Shown: piece after piece, positions 1-13,923 of the stretch
How the letters are laid out: each line of letters starts with the position of its first letter
Position numbering within the stretch: the stretch's first letter is position 1
NCBI GenBank assembly: GCA_000165425.1
Contig: CT868074.1
Coordinates: forward strand, 1 to 64,000
Length of the DNA stretch: 64,000 nt
From: Paramecium tetraurelia
Taxonomy: Eukaryota
Reading direction: 5' to 3'
Position numbers and translations under genes: made by a program
Notes under the pieces: model-generated
Databases searched by the model: none
The model's input: the letters and a program-made list of their open reading frames with translations, nothing else
What the model was told of the DNA's origin: nothing

Positions 1-249
1 AGGCTATTTTTTAGGAGAAATATTGTTTTGCCATTTAGTAAACAAATAGACTAAATTATGATAAAGAAATAATTAAATTGTGTCTACAAAACGTAATATT
101 ATTTCGTGAGCTTTTACATTAATGATGAAAGAAGATATATGAATTCCATTTATTGCAAGATAATTATGTAATTCAATAATATTATATTAGAAAATCATCC
201 TGTGTGAGCTATTATTTAGATTATAAATAACCAAAATTTTTAAGGGGAA

Positions 250-1250
250 AGAAATGGAGGAATATTGTGCTATTATATATGAAGATTTGATTTGTTAGAA
301 TATATGCATTAAAGGAATTTATAAATTTTAATTTGATCTTTTCTATAATTAAACAACTAGATTATTATAGAATCTGTAATTAATAAATTTAATAATGTTT
401 AGTTGCGAGATAGTTTTAATTTTCTCCTCAAATTTGAAAGAAAGGATACTGCAAACTTAAAATTGCTATAGTTGTTCTTGATCGGCTGATTATCACAAAA
501 TTAAAAGTACACACTTCTTTCCTGGTTAACAACTAAACTGCTGTTACTTATTTTTTGGAGTATTACTGATTCTGAAAGGTTATGACAATCACAAGATTTT
601 TCTTTCCAGAACGTATATTGTTCAGTTTATAAATCTCAGAGTTTATAAACTAATAAAGGAATAAATAAGTGAGTAATAATATTAGTATCGATAAGACTAA
701 TTTCTGGGTAAATAAGTTTAAAATAGTCTCGCTTTTATGAAACAGCCTCTTGCATCCTATCTTAATTAAGTCCTTTTATTAAATATTATGACTATTTGGA
801 GATATCTTAGCACTTCATTGACATATTCCTTTACCCTCTATTTCATTTACATACTTTAATTTCCATTGAAAATAAATGATTAAGAAATATATCGGAACAT
901 CTTCATTACTAGTGTGTTAAAATAGCAAACCTCTTCAATTCCAAGTTTTACTAGTATAAGGTACTAAATAGGATCCATATATATAGCTTTGGAGTAAATT
1001 TAGTTGAACGATAAATTTATTATAATATGAATTTACTACTACTGCTACAAAAGAAGACCTTCAATTACTTTTTGAATGCATATTTTGAGATATTAATGAA
1101 AGAAGCAAAAAACATATAAATATACAGTTTATTTCTTTTTAAGCAATTAATTGTATTGAGTCTTTTTGAATAGGTGGATCGATTTTAATTTAAATATTGT
1201 TCATTATTATACTTTGATATTTGGAGAATCGATTCTTCATTGATGAAATG
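250..1250 (+). pseudogene. Probable decayed protein-coding remnant, product unknown
   Basis: Protein-like stretches in code 6 (ETASCILSQLSPFIKYYDYLEISQHFIDIFLYPLFHL; LLLLQKKTFNYFLNAYFEILMKEAK) and intron-like GT..AG segments, but in-frame TGA in the frames examined and frame switches. Boundaries are approximate. Confidence 0.35.
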
Positions 1251-1352
1251 ATTATGAAAATTAAAAGTAATATTTGTTATAATGAATTGCTATTGATAAG
1301 GTTTTGAATAAATCCTTTTGAATTATTTTATTTTATTTTAAAAATCATACAT

Positions 1353-2041
1353 ATGTAAGTATCTAATATCAATGATTTATCTGACATCATTAAGGAGGCA
1401 GAGAAAGTTTACACATTTAGGAAACTAGAGAAGTAAGATGCTGCACCTCTAATGGTATTAATGACTGATGCATTTGTACATCATAACGATGCATTTTTGA
1501 TTGTCGAATCAATAGACTCAGATATGAGCAGCGAAGATATTCTTTAAGAATAGTAACAATTGTTTATATTTTAATTAGTGTGTTGATGATTTAGGAGGGC
1601 CTCTCTTTTGGAGCATTTCATGGAGATAAGCTAGTCTCAGCATGCTTAAGTTTCGATTTACAACGCAAGTCAGATATGCATGTAGATTCAGGGATAGAAC
1701 CCACCTAAGCAATGAAAGACATTGGAAAAATGATCAAAACTTTGCTTGATAAATATGCTGATACAAAAAGTCTTCCCAAAAATGAAATATCTTATCTGAG
1801 TCATTTGGCAACATTTTCAGATTACTGTAAACAAAATCTGGCCTTAATATGTTCCTATTTATCAGTCCTCGAGAGCAGAAAATAAGGATTTTAGAAAATG
1901 CTTACAGGAGCTGGACATGTGGCTACTTTTAAGGTGTTCACAAAAATATTCAAGGAGTATGAATTAGTCAAAGACATTGAAGAACTTCGAGAAAAACCTA
2001 TATTTATGAAATCCCTGATAGCAACAATAACCCCTTAATGA
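1353..2041 (+). CDS. GNAT-family N-acetyltransferase (arylalkylamine/dopamine N-acetyltransferase-like), 220 aa
   Basis: Code 6, one 26-nt intron (1553-1578). MQVSNINDL..YTFRKLEKQDAAPLMVLMTDAF..GLSFGAFHGDKLVSACLSFD..ISYLSHLATFSDYCKQNLALICSYLSVLESRKQGF matches GNAT motif A (L.T..DY.KQ.LA). Ends TAA TGA. Confidence 0.75.
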
Positions 2042-2699
2042 ATATCATACATTATAATCATACATGATAAAATTTAAGTTTTCTTATTCTATCACAGTAT
2101 TATCCGATATATTAGTTTAATAAACAAAACTTTGTATTTAAGTAATTAAAAATACAAATAATGACTTTCTGTAAGATATCAACGATAATAATACATGTTC
2201 AATAAATGAAGACTATTTTATTGTCATATTTTATTCAAGTTCTAAAATTAATGTTCAATTTCACATTTATTACATTCTATTGATTAAATTAATCATTATG
2301 TAATAAACCTGTTTGTTAATCAAAAGTTCTTTAAACATTTATTGGTCTAAATTCAATACTTATTTAATTAATCTTAGCAAAAATATATTTTGATTAGATG
2401 GTAAAGATCAGGTTCTTATTATTTTGCTTTCATGATAATTTAATTGTTGAACCACCTTTATAAATGATGATTTCATTTCTCAAATTTATTTCAAATATCA
2501 TAAATAAATTTCATGTGATAATCTAGGAATCACTTCATTCTTAAATATAAAATCCTTATATATTTATTTTTTCTTTAACCAAAACTCAAAAAGGGGAATA
2601 TTATATAAAATACTTAAAATTTGAAGCTTTTATTTTATTAAAAGAAAATAATAAATAAGTAGATTATTAGAGTAATGATTGATGAAAAAATGTGGGTAG

Positions 2700-3230
2700 A
2701 ATAGAAGAAGCTTGATATCTTGATATCTTTCTATCTATTTTAAAATTAGATGTCAATTCAGATGTTGAAATTGTTAAAGCAGCGTAATCCTCATTAGTTT
2801 AGTTGCAAGAACACATCCTTGTTTATCAAGTTTAAGACTACAATAATCAATCAATTTTTGATTCATCTACAGATTTTAACTCTCCTTTGTAAATCTAGAG
2901 GGGATAGTTGAAGAATAAGAATTGGAGGTAACATCAGCATAACATTTAACCATATAATAATAGCATTTTGATTTTAGAAGAATCGCATTCTGCTTAACTT
3001 GAAGCTGAATAAATATCTGAGGCAACAGATATAGTTTCATATGCATAACCTGTTTCAACTTCTTATAGACTGTTGTTCTTTTGATTATGTTATCTACAAT
3101 ATCAAACTTCACAAATCCATTACAAAAATTTGTTGGTAAGTAATACTGAAAGATTGGGTTGGTAGGTAAATAATATTTATATCCTGGTATAAACTAAACC
3201 CAGTAAAAGAGAAAGAAATTATTTTAGATT
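2700..3230 (-). pseudogene. Frameshifted remnant of a Cys-rich surface protein
   Basis: Fragments such as SASSQAECDSSK and KCYYYMVKCYADVTSNS lie in different frames; no continuous ORF. Boundaries are approximate. Confidence 0.4.
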
Positions 3231-3330
3231 ATGATACATCTATAACTGTTATCTTCAGAGTTTCACTACGTTTCTAGAATGTAAAATAGATGATAAAATA
3301 TAATTAAAATTTAATATTTTTATATTCAAT

Positions 3331-6300
3331 TCATATAAATAACTAACTTCTAGCACATTATGGCTTTTTCCTTTTGTATAACCTTTTCCATGCTTAATAT
3401 AAATCTTTGATGATAAATATTGTTTCTACTATAATACCTGTAGATAAAATGGTTATATGAATCCATCCCAATATTATTTTTTTCTCTTCATTAAAGTATT
3501 CATTACATTCTTAGATGTATAAGAATGAACTAAGCATAAAAGTCAATACAGATATCTCAACCACCATCTAAACAATATAATTCTTTCTTTTTTGAATATG
3601 CCTATAATTAAATAACAAACTAATCTAAAGTATATTTGTCATGAAGAGTAATCCTAATTATAATATTTGGGAATTTTGACAAAAAATCAAGTAGAATAAA
3701 AAGAAAAATTATCTACCATAAATTAAAATTTCAAACCTTTTCAACTTTGAAAATGTTTACTTACTTTTGAAACTATCTAGCAATATGGTAACATAAAGAA
3801 TTAGAAGTACACAGGTTATAATAAGTTGTACAATATCTAAGTAATTATTAGTTGAAAAGGTTCGTGTATACAATAGTATTTTAAATGTCATATCCCAACC
3901 ATTTAGAATTAAGGCTTTTTATAAACCTTAAAAAGACATATATTTCTTCAAATTTAGTAATTTTAGGCAAATTTTATAAAAGGATTCCTAACACTTAAAA
4001 ACTATTTTTGGATTTATCTATAAGGATAAAGTTTAGGCATAGTAAAAGTTCCTTTAACAAAATATCCATTTGTATATTACTTTTTTTATCAAATTACACA
4101 ACAAAATAAGAAATAAAAATATCAAGCATTATAATATTTGGAATGAAAGATTGATGATTAAGGTTGGGTTTTCTTAGTAAACAGCAAATTTTCCTTCAGA
4201 ATATGGTTATTAATTTTACTAAAGCTCAATTAATGAAAATATTTATGAAAAATCTATAAAATCTAATAGAGGTTAAATTGTTATCAAGTCATTAACAGAA
4301 AAATAGATCTCTAAATTTTATGGAAATTACAGATTAATGTATCTCAAATATTACTGGGATTGAAGGATTGCCAAAATTTCGATAAATAAATCTCCATTTC
4401 CTAATAGTAGATTTGCACAAGTAATACCAGACAAACCATAAATCAAATACATATTTAAATTTTTCAACTTGTAAGCATACTCCTTTTAAGTTTCTCCAAG
4501 ATATTATGGATATTGTAAAGTTATTGATTTTGTAAAGTCATCCAAAAAAGAATTATCATAATTAGCAACTGTCTGATTTACTTCAATTGTTAAGATAGGT
4601 CGAAATTCAAGTAATTATTGAATTTCTATTTCGATAATATATTCTCCAAAACTTACATCTGATCCCACATCCTAAATGATATATAAGCTGCTATTCCAAT
4701 TCTTCTTATTTAAATTTGATAAATTACAATTTATGGTTTCTGATAATTTTTAGGTTGAGTAAATTTTTACTTTTTAATTAAACTAGATACTTATGTATTA
4801 TGAATTTGAAGTCATGTTGAGATAAGAAATTACTAATTTTGGTGCTTAGATAAACGCGCATTAGCTAGGAGAATCTCTTATCATTGCGGTGCATATCCAA
4901 TTTTATTCAATCAAGCAATCCTTGCATCCATCAAGTACTTCTGAATTTCCATCATCGCATTCCTCTTATTACTAAAGCAATCCATCTCCACATTATAATT
5001 ATAATTTGCATTAATTTGAAATTAGTAATTAATATTAATCATTGCACTTTAAACAAATACCTTGATAGCATTCATAACAATTTTCTGGACATGAATAAGA
5101 ATACTTGCAATCAAAGCAACCATCAAATTAGATTTTATTGCCATCATCACAATCTTCTTCTTTTGTGACAATTTAATCACCACAAATAGAAAGGCACCTA
5201 TTATTAAGAAATCTATATCCATCTTCACATTTTAGAAGGCATTATCCTAGATAGCATATGTTGCAATCTTCAGCGCATTGAAACTTACATTCAAAGCAAC
5301 CATCATAAGGTTGTAAATTACCATCATCACATTCTTCGTATTATTAGAGAACGTATTTATCTCCGCAATGAGGAAAGCATGCATTTTCTAACAGTTAATA
5401 TCCAAGTTCACACACCAAGCACATTGAAAGTAGTTGACGCTTACAATTAGCTATTAATACAAATCTACAATCCTAACAATGATCCCATTCTTCATTATCA
5501 TTTAGATCGCATTATTCATCTGAATAAGGAACCACATTACCATCTCCACAAAAAGAAACACAATTTAAATCAGCATTAAGATCAAATCCAAAAACACATT
5601 CATAACAAATTCCAAATACACAAGTTTTGCAAAAGTTTATGCATGAATATTTGCATTAATAACAAGAATCATTAGATATTAAATTAGCATCATCACATTC
5701 TTCTTAACCTTGAATAATCCCATCACCACAAATTGGATGACAAGTCTCAAGAAATTTATCTTTAACCCAACCTTCTTTGCAGATCAGACATGTATTATCA
5801 ATTTACTCTAAACAACCCTCTTTCAATTTGCTTACTATTAATGCTGATTAAGGCTAAATTACTTTTAAAGAGCAATATTAATCTTCAATTGTTCCTTCAG
5901 GGCATATTGGATGACAAGTTTCTAGAAATTTATCTTAAATCCAACCTTCTTAGCAAATTAAGCATTTATCCTCAATTTACTCTTAACATCCTTAATTCAA
6001 ATAATTAACTAGCATTTTTTCTGGCAAAGTATAAAATACATCAAAATCTCTTATTTAACCATAATCACTGATTGGTTGAGTTTTAATCTTGAGTATTAAT
6101 ATAGGATCATAATGATTTTCTATTAATATTTCTACTTGCTAATAAAAGGAGCTAATAGTTTTTATGCCTTATTAATAGTCTACTATAATAGTATACCCAT
6201 CTGCTTTAAAAAACCTTATGAATACGTCTTTATGAAGAGGGAGTTTAGTAGAATATTGAATTTATTAATATAACAAATATTGGCAATATCCACAATAGTA

Positions 6301-6945
6301 ATGATCCGAATACTATGATACATATACCCATCCATCAAAATTTGTCAGATATTTCTAGGTAAATGAATATTAATGCAGTTTCCATTTTAAGCAAAATATT
6401 TATTAATTCTCTATGCATCCATCACAATCATACTAACATTTAACGGTACTTAATTTTAATGATATTAATCCTCCTCCATTAAATGTTTCAACAAACATCC
6501 AAACAGTTCGTCTATTATGCTAAATAATTAAAGTTGTCGACTAAATGTATTCTTATTGCGAATTTCCACAAACTTAATTTTAGGATGTAAAGGTTGACTA
6601 AAAATCAGGTCTTCTTCTATAATCTACTTCAAATACAGGAACAGAAGTGTCTCCATCAATACTTTCACAAAATAATAATATTTTTACTTTAATATTTAAC
6701 AATCTACTCTAATATGGGAATGATCTTCGGGGACGTCAAATAATTTACTATTAACAACAGTACCCCCCCAAGATGACCCAAAATATTGAATCCCTCCGCA
6801 AGAAGTAAAAATAGTATCACCTCCCAAATCCTGCCATCCTAAAGGATAATTATAAGAAATTACCATCCCTGTTGTATGAATTAGCATAAAACTAATAAAT
6901 CAAAGTTTGATGAGTTGTATAAATTAAAACAATCAATAGTCTCAT
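3331..6945 (-). CDS. Signal peptide + Myxococcus-type Cys-rich repeats (DUF4215, CGDG..EECDD.N) + C-terminal multi-pass TM region
   Basis: Starts MRLLIVLIYTTHQ. At least three 25-28 nt introns. Repeats such as CHPICGDGIIQGQEECDDANLISNDSCYQC. C-terminal LRYINLQFPQNLEIYF..LGWIHITILSTGIIVETIFIIK. TGA at 3331-3333. Confidence 0.88.
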
Positions 6946-9019
6946 AATAATTAATATCAATTATAGAATTTTATAATCTAATTTTAATAAAATGATAGAA
7001 TTATGTAATTTAAGACAGAATCATGGAATGAAATAAAAAAATTAAATAGCCTAATTGAAATTATTATTAAAACTGTAGGATAATATTACTATTTCAGATT
7101 TAATGGAAAGTTATATCCATTATTCTAATTATGATTTCTTTTTGGGAAATCCTTAAGTTTTTTGGGCATGATCTAATCAAACTTAGATTGAAAAACCCTC
7201 ACTTTCCTAATATTCAATTAACGAATATTAAAGGATTTCATCCAAAAAAAAAACATAAGTCCAATTCTTCTTTTCAGAGACAGTTTTTACCATATAATTT
7301 CAAATTTTTTGTACTAATTCTATTTCATTCAGTGTTATCTAGGTGGGGATATACATTTTGATTTATTATTTCTCTTTTGATTTATTGAGATTTTTCAAGC
7401 TTAAATATATACTTAGATTAATAAATACAGTTTGATAATAAGAAAATTAAGCCAAGAAAAACTTATTATGAAATAAATGTATTAATAAGAAATCAATGTT
7501 TAAAGAGGTTTAACTCTCAACAATTGCTCTAGAGGAATTGATTAATTTTATTAACTATTAGTAGATATTCTATCAATTCTTTTACACTTTTGATATTCAA
7601 TATTATAAGCGTCCTTCTAACCTTCTGCCTATTAATAATTTATTCTAAGGCCATCTTAATCATTGAACCATTACCTCTTAAACTTTTATATTAATTATTA
7701 CAAAAAGGCTTTGAAATTCTTATGATATTTTGATTCTTAATTATCCTTCCCTTCATTTTGAACACATTTCCTATCTACTATTATACAATCTTGGAAATTA
7801 GTATTTCAAGTAATTTATTTAACATCACTCCATTCAATTTATCAACCTATAATCATTTATATATAAAGGCTTGTAAATAATTTTAGAAATCTTTTCTATA
7901 TCCTTCTTGAAGTTCCACAATAATGCAGCTTAATTACATGATTTGCTCTAACCATGAATCTTCATTGATAGCCTCAATGTTATAATTATTTCATCTTATT
8001 ATATATTCATTAATATCTATCAAGGTTTCCAATACTCATTATCATAACTTTTCACAGCTCTTTCGATATTCACATTATTATTAAAGACTTTTATATTTAA
8101 TAAATTTTTAGATAATAATTCCTTTAACAATATAAATTTCAAAAGAAACACAAAACTGAAAATTTAGGCAGAGCTTTAATATTCAATATATTTTGCTCTC
8201 CATTTTACCCTGTACTTAGTTTGAAATTGGAATATTAAATCTTGCCAAAAACATTATTCAGAGGGAAATCAGAGAAAATTAAAATAACTTATTTGGAGGA
8301 ACTTCTATATTCTAGATTATGCGCAATGTTGGAAGAAGAACAATAGCAGTTGAGAGCTTTTGAGATATAAAAATTAGTATATATGACTATGGTTAAAGTA
8401 GTGTAAATATCTATTTCAGTTGAACCTTGATAATCAACATAAAAGGGAAAAGTTACTATTAAAAGGAGAGAAGAGGTAGATCTGTTATAAATTTAAAAAA
8501 GGGGCGGAATTTATTGGATTGCAAAACCCTGTTCTTCTAATAAATTTTACGAATAGTCTTAAGCAGACATATACTATATAACTCAAAGAAGTTCCCTGGT
8601 AATAACTCTATCATTATCATTGAAAATATTAAAAAAAATAACATAGAATTTACCTCATTTACTTTTAAGTCTTACATCAAGTTTTGCTTCAAAAATATAA
8701 TTGCTACTACTTTCATTATTAAATTAATCTGACACTTAGCCAGAAGATAGAGATGGATGATGACCACCAGCATAAATACAAATGTTCAAGAATTACCTAA
8801 TATAGATAATAATATTGTTTTACATCCTATTTGATATATATTTCAATTCAAATATTTTCTTCTTCGGAATTTTTTCATTATTATTGATATTATTCTATCG
8901 TATAGTTTAGATCACAATTTCGTTAAATTAAATGCAAATATTCATCAAATAAATGATAGAGTGGATAATCTAAAGAAATAAAGAATCAAATTTAATTATA
9001 AGAATTAAAAATATTTTAT

Positions 9020-11232
9020 ATGTCAGATGTCAACTTATGCAAAAAGCATTCTTAAATGACTATCATTTAGACAAATTTACAGGAAGTTCCAGATGACCAG
9101 AAGTTTTGTATTTAATGCCTAATAACTGGGAAGATGAATTTAATTTTAATCGAGAATGCATAAGAATAATTAATAAAACACAAGAAGTTGCTTATCAACT
9201 AAAAAACAAAAGAAGGGTAGAATAATCTTGACTAATTGATAACACTCAAAGAAAATCTATTATTATTGAAATAACAGATTTCTACTTCAATTGATAATTA
9301 TATTGATTTTATTTCTTAATAAATCAAAATCTTGGAGGATTTCTAAACAATGTCTATTAATGAAATTTCAAGTTTATAAACTAAAGATATTAATTAATAT
9401 ATAAAATAATATTTAGATATCGAAAAATCTTAAATCAATTTTAAAGAAAATAAATAGTTCTTTTTAAAAAACTTAAGCCGTATTTCAAATAATTAAATTT
9501 CCGTTTAAAAATACTAAGAACTTTTAGAAAGAATCAGAATTGGATTTCAGAATTATTCTAATAAATAAATAAATGAATTAAATTCTATGGATTCTCACAT
9601 ATAAAGTTAATAAAGAATTAATTTAACATGTTAGGATCATATTGGTTCATAAATTGTAATGGTTGATATAAATGAAAACAAAAAAGCAAAATGCAGAATG
9701 AATTGTGTTGATTGTATTGCATAATATCCTACCAATTATATTACCATGAATTAATTTGAATAAAGTCTATTTAATTTCTAAATCTAATTGTTGAATTATT
9801 ATAATGAATATAAACTCAAAATTTTTCATAAAAAATAACAACTTAATCAACTAAGTTTAGATTTCAAATAAAAAACTACTAATATTCTTAAGTTTAAGAA
9901 TTACCAAATAGATAAAAGTACAGAGATATTTTATCATAAGATATCTTATTAAACTAGACTAAAATAATTTAATTGGTCTGCATTATCAATAGCAGAAGTT
10001 AATTAAATTGCAGAAGATATTAGTAACTCTAATTTTATGAATAAATATTAAGAATTATTGAGAACTGAATTTGAAAACTGGAAGGGAGCATTCAATACAG
10101 AATACTAAGAATTATTGATTAAAAATAATGAACTTGATGAAATGATTTAGTAAATTGATTAAAAAAGCAATCAAATTCCAAAAAAACCGTGTCGTCAATT
10201 ATAAATTTCAAATGGCTAGATTTAAATATAGTAAATAATTAAAAGATAATAACTAGAGTAACAAATTAATTAATCATTTATATATTCTAAATTAGATGAC
10301 CTTTCTATTTAATAAAATGAATATTGTTATGCAATTGCTATTAATTCTGATTGTTCATTGATTGCGGCTGGATCCAATTCATTGATTAGAGTCTTTGAAA
10401 TAGAAGGAAAAACAATCAGATTAATCTAAAACTTAGATGAACATAAGAATGCTATATTCACTTTAAATTTTATGAAAAGATGTAATTCAATTATTTCAGG
10501 AAGCTGTGATTAATCAATTAAAATATGGAATAGAAATTAATAATCAGAATGGCATTGTTAATAGACACTCCAAGGTCACACAAGTTTTATATATTGTTTG
10601 ATATTGAATCAAAACCAAGATTTAATTATATCAGGTAGCGATGATAAAACAATTAAATTTTGGATTAATTAAAATGGATGGAATTAATCATAAACAATAG
10701 CAGTTCACACTAGTAATGTATCAGGGTTGAGTTTGAATTGTACAGAAAAGCAATTAATTACATGTGGTGATGATAAATTAATTTTAATCATAGAGAATTC
10801 AGACACATTTTAAAGCAAATGGAATGTAGTATAACAAATAAAAGTGGAATAATCTGGATATAGATTATGCTTTATAAATGATAGTATCTTTGCTTTTTAA
10901 CCTAATTCATCAACATTTATGGAAATATATTAATCAGATAATCACACTAGAATGTATAATAAAATTAAGATTGTAGAAGTAAAAAATGGAAATAATTGTA
11001 ATTACCTATTTCCTTAATAATTTATTAAAAAAAACTAAATCCTTATAAATAAAAACGGAAATAAGATTAATTTTTTGTATGTCTCACCAAACAACTAAAT
11101 TAATCTAGTTTCATTTTTAGACTTTGGCACTAAAAGTATTTTTGGTTAAATTAGTGAAACTGGTGAATTTCTAGTTACTTGGGATGAAAGTCAAAAGAAA
11201 TACAGATTAGGAAGTTAAGTTCATTATAATGA
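9020..11232 (+). CDS. Two Cys/His knuckles (B-box-like) + coiled coil + WD40 repeats; 1-nt frameshift near the 3' end
   Basis: CKKH..FCIQC and CQDH..NCVDC. WD40 motifs LDEHKNAIFTLNF..ISGSCDQSIKIW and LQGHTSFIYCL..ISGSDDKTIKFW. Span is 2213 nt, one base short of a codon multiple; adding one A at ~11193 restores the C-terminus seen in the 37173-39326 paralog. Confidence 0.85.
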
Positions 11233-12502
11233 ATAAATATATACATGCATAATTAGATAATAAATTTTTATTGACTTAAAGTATTAACGATATTAAGAAA
11301 TTATTATTATTAACTTTTTCCCATTAAATTCTAAGTTTTCCCAAAGAAATTCATTATACATAGAGGATCTAATATCAAAATTATATAAAAAATAAAAATA
11401 TTTATGTCAAGAAAATGATATATTTATAATATTGTACCTGACTATATCAGAATTAAATTTACAATAATAATTTGTAAATAGGTAAAGCAAATATTTAATA
11501 AACTAGTTTATTGATTAAATTTTCTTAGGATGAGTTAATAAATTTACTCCTAGCTAAAAATATTTAACATAATTGAGGGCTTAGTTTCGAAAATTATGTA
11601 AATTTATGAGATGATTTACTTACCTTAAAGGAAGAATGAGTATGGAGAATATTATTTAATTATTCTTGTTCAGTTTTATGATTCTAAACGAAGAAACTTG
11701 TGAAATATAATTATAGCATCAAAAAATTAATTAATTCCTAATTTTATCCTATTTATAGATTTAAATGTAAACTTGATATTTTTAACATAAAATTACTTCT
11801 AAAGTAATTTCTTATAAATAGTAATCCATTTTTACAAATTAATAATACCCGTAACTATCTTAAACTAATTATTTTGGCTACTCCATAAGAAATCATACGA
11901 ATAAATTAATAATAAATTTCATAGCACACTTGCTCTCAAAACAGAAATTGTTGCCATTCTAAAGAAATAAGTTTAAATTCTCAAACTAAGTTAATTACTT
12001 GTTTTTTGAACTTTCAACTCTATTAAATCTTTTTGTCTGATTACTTATTACTTATTATTTGGTTTTATCCTTGAATTGATTTCTTGACAATAACAACTTC
12101 TCACAATGAAGTTTTAATGACATGAACTATGATTTGCTTAATTGGGTAAAAAAAATAATTGTTTCAGGCACTTACATTAACTCAAAAGTCTTTTTTTTAT
12201 TTATAATTCTATCTTTCAATTCTCGTTACTGAAGTTAACTTGAACGCATTTAATCCATAATCTGAATGGCTCATGAATTTAAACTTTGGCAAAATTATTT
12301 TAATTTAAATTAATTATGATTATTTTAATCTAATTATAATAGCTGTTGCGAAGGTGAGTAATAATATTTTCAATTTCAATAATGCATAACTTGAAAATAC
12401 TTAAAGGTAATAATTAACAAGATAAAAACTATTATTACATAAAATGTAAAATTTTTTTTTGAGTGTATTTATAAATAATGAAAAATCCTTTAATTTTATT
12501 CA

Positions 12503-13306
12503 TCACTCCTAATAGATAACCTTTGGAAACTAAATTTGATTTATTAAATAAATACCTGATAAGCCATCAAGCAAGGCTATGAAGAAGTGAACTCTTAAAT
12601 TACTCCGGCAAAGTAATTCGGACTTTTCAATTTTACAATTATACCTGGACCCATAAGGATTGATTTGATTTCAATAGGAATTTCATTCTGCAATTTGGAT
12701 TTTTCACCTTAACATATTTAAAATAATGCTCCAGTATAATTGCATTCACTATAAAAATTAACACATGGAACAGCAAGTCTTAAAATAAAGTCTCTGAATC
12801 CCCAAGATTCTAGAATTAATTGAATTTATACCATCCCAAAGATCTTCGAACCACGTATCAGTTTGTAAGTTATCTTTTAACTTTATTGTTAAATCAGTTC
12901 CAGTTATTTTCAATCTAAATGAAAGAGGCTAAAATAAATCTTCCCATATCTCATTTCTACACATCATTGTTCCATCATGAAAACTCAATTTTAAATTTTC
13001 TATTTCAACATTGTTTGCAAAAATCTAAAATCCTTCACTGTCCCAAGAGTCTAATTTCCAAATACCAACTTTAAATTCTATTAAGTTGTTTGGGGGTACA
13101 TTCGTAAATGTCTTTGACACTATGGTTTAATATCCATAAGGTCCCATGAATAGGTTCTAAGGTTCGGTGCCACACCTATCTAATGTTGCGGAACTTAATC
13201 CAATAATTTAAAAATCTGAATATATACAATCAGCTGCATTGTCAGTTATGCAATTTTAATAAACTATCGATTTCAAAAACAATATCTTCAAAAATGAAAT
13301 CATCAT
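12503..13306 (-). CDS. Probable secreted protein with a WKLDSWD-type ciliate domain and a C-terminal beta/gamma-crystallin-like fold, 251 aa
   Basis: Hydrophobic N-terminus MMISFLKILFL; GIWKLDSWDSE..DESWGFRDF; CVNFYSECNYTG and IKSILMGPGIIVKL Greek-key motifs. Introns of 22 and 26 nt keep the frame. Confidence 0.75.
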
Positions 13307-13312
13307 TTGTGC

Positions 13313-13360
13313 TATATAAATTTATATTAAAATTAATATATAAATTTATATTAAAATTAA
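13313..13360. repeat. Perfect 2 x 24-bp tandem duplication
   Basis: TATATAAATTTATATTAAAATTAA at 13313-13336 and again at 13337-13360, 6 bp upstream of the ATG at 13306. Confidence 0.9.
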
Positions 13361-13923
13361 GATTAAAAGGAAATTAAAAGATGGGTGAAAAAAGCTTATT
13401 TGTGATAATTATTACATAAAGAAATCTTGCTTAAACTTATTATCAAATTAAAAATGATATCTATTTAAAATGTTTTAATTTTCATTAATATTTTAATATT
13501 AAGTAAAGCTATATTTGTTATTGTTTAATACACCATTTTGAAATTAGTTTTAAATCATTATTGAAATTAATATAAGGATTTTATTTTCTAACTTTATTTT
13601 TATAAATAATATATATCTTTTGGATGAAATTAATTGTTTGATTTATTAATCAATTTATTATTAATTTTAGTTAGACTGATTCAAGATATTAACCATTTAA
13701 ATTTAATCTTTTTACTCTGTGATTATAGAAGGTTGCTTAAATTAGCAAAAGCCTACTGCTAGATATATCAGTTTAATTTGTTTAACCTTACTGTTATTTG
13801 GTATAAATTAAATTATTATAGCCTAAGAACTAAAAGAAAAAAATTTGGTGATTGATATTAAATGTTGATATTTTTAAATAAACCCAAAATTTCTCATTCT
13901 ACGTAGTTGAGATTATAGTTCAG

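Noticed and set aside
560..1320. Possible TGA=Trp readthrough (F*D, F*I, L*Y contexts)
   Set aside because: Another frame reads more plausibly there, and intact genes in the window use TGG for Trp and TGA as stop. A decayed gene explains it better.
5731..6000. Internal ~175-bp-period duplication
   Set aside because: Ordinary duplication of a Cys-rich module inside the DUF4215 gene.
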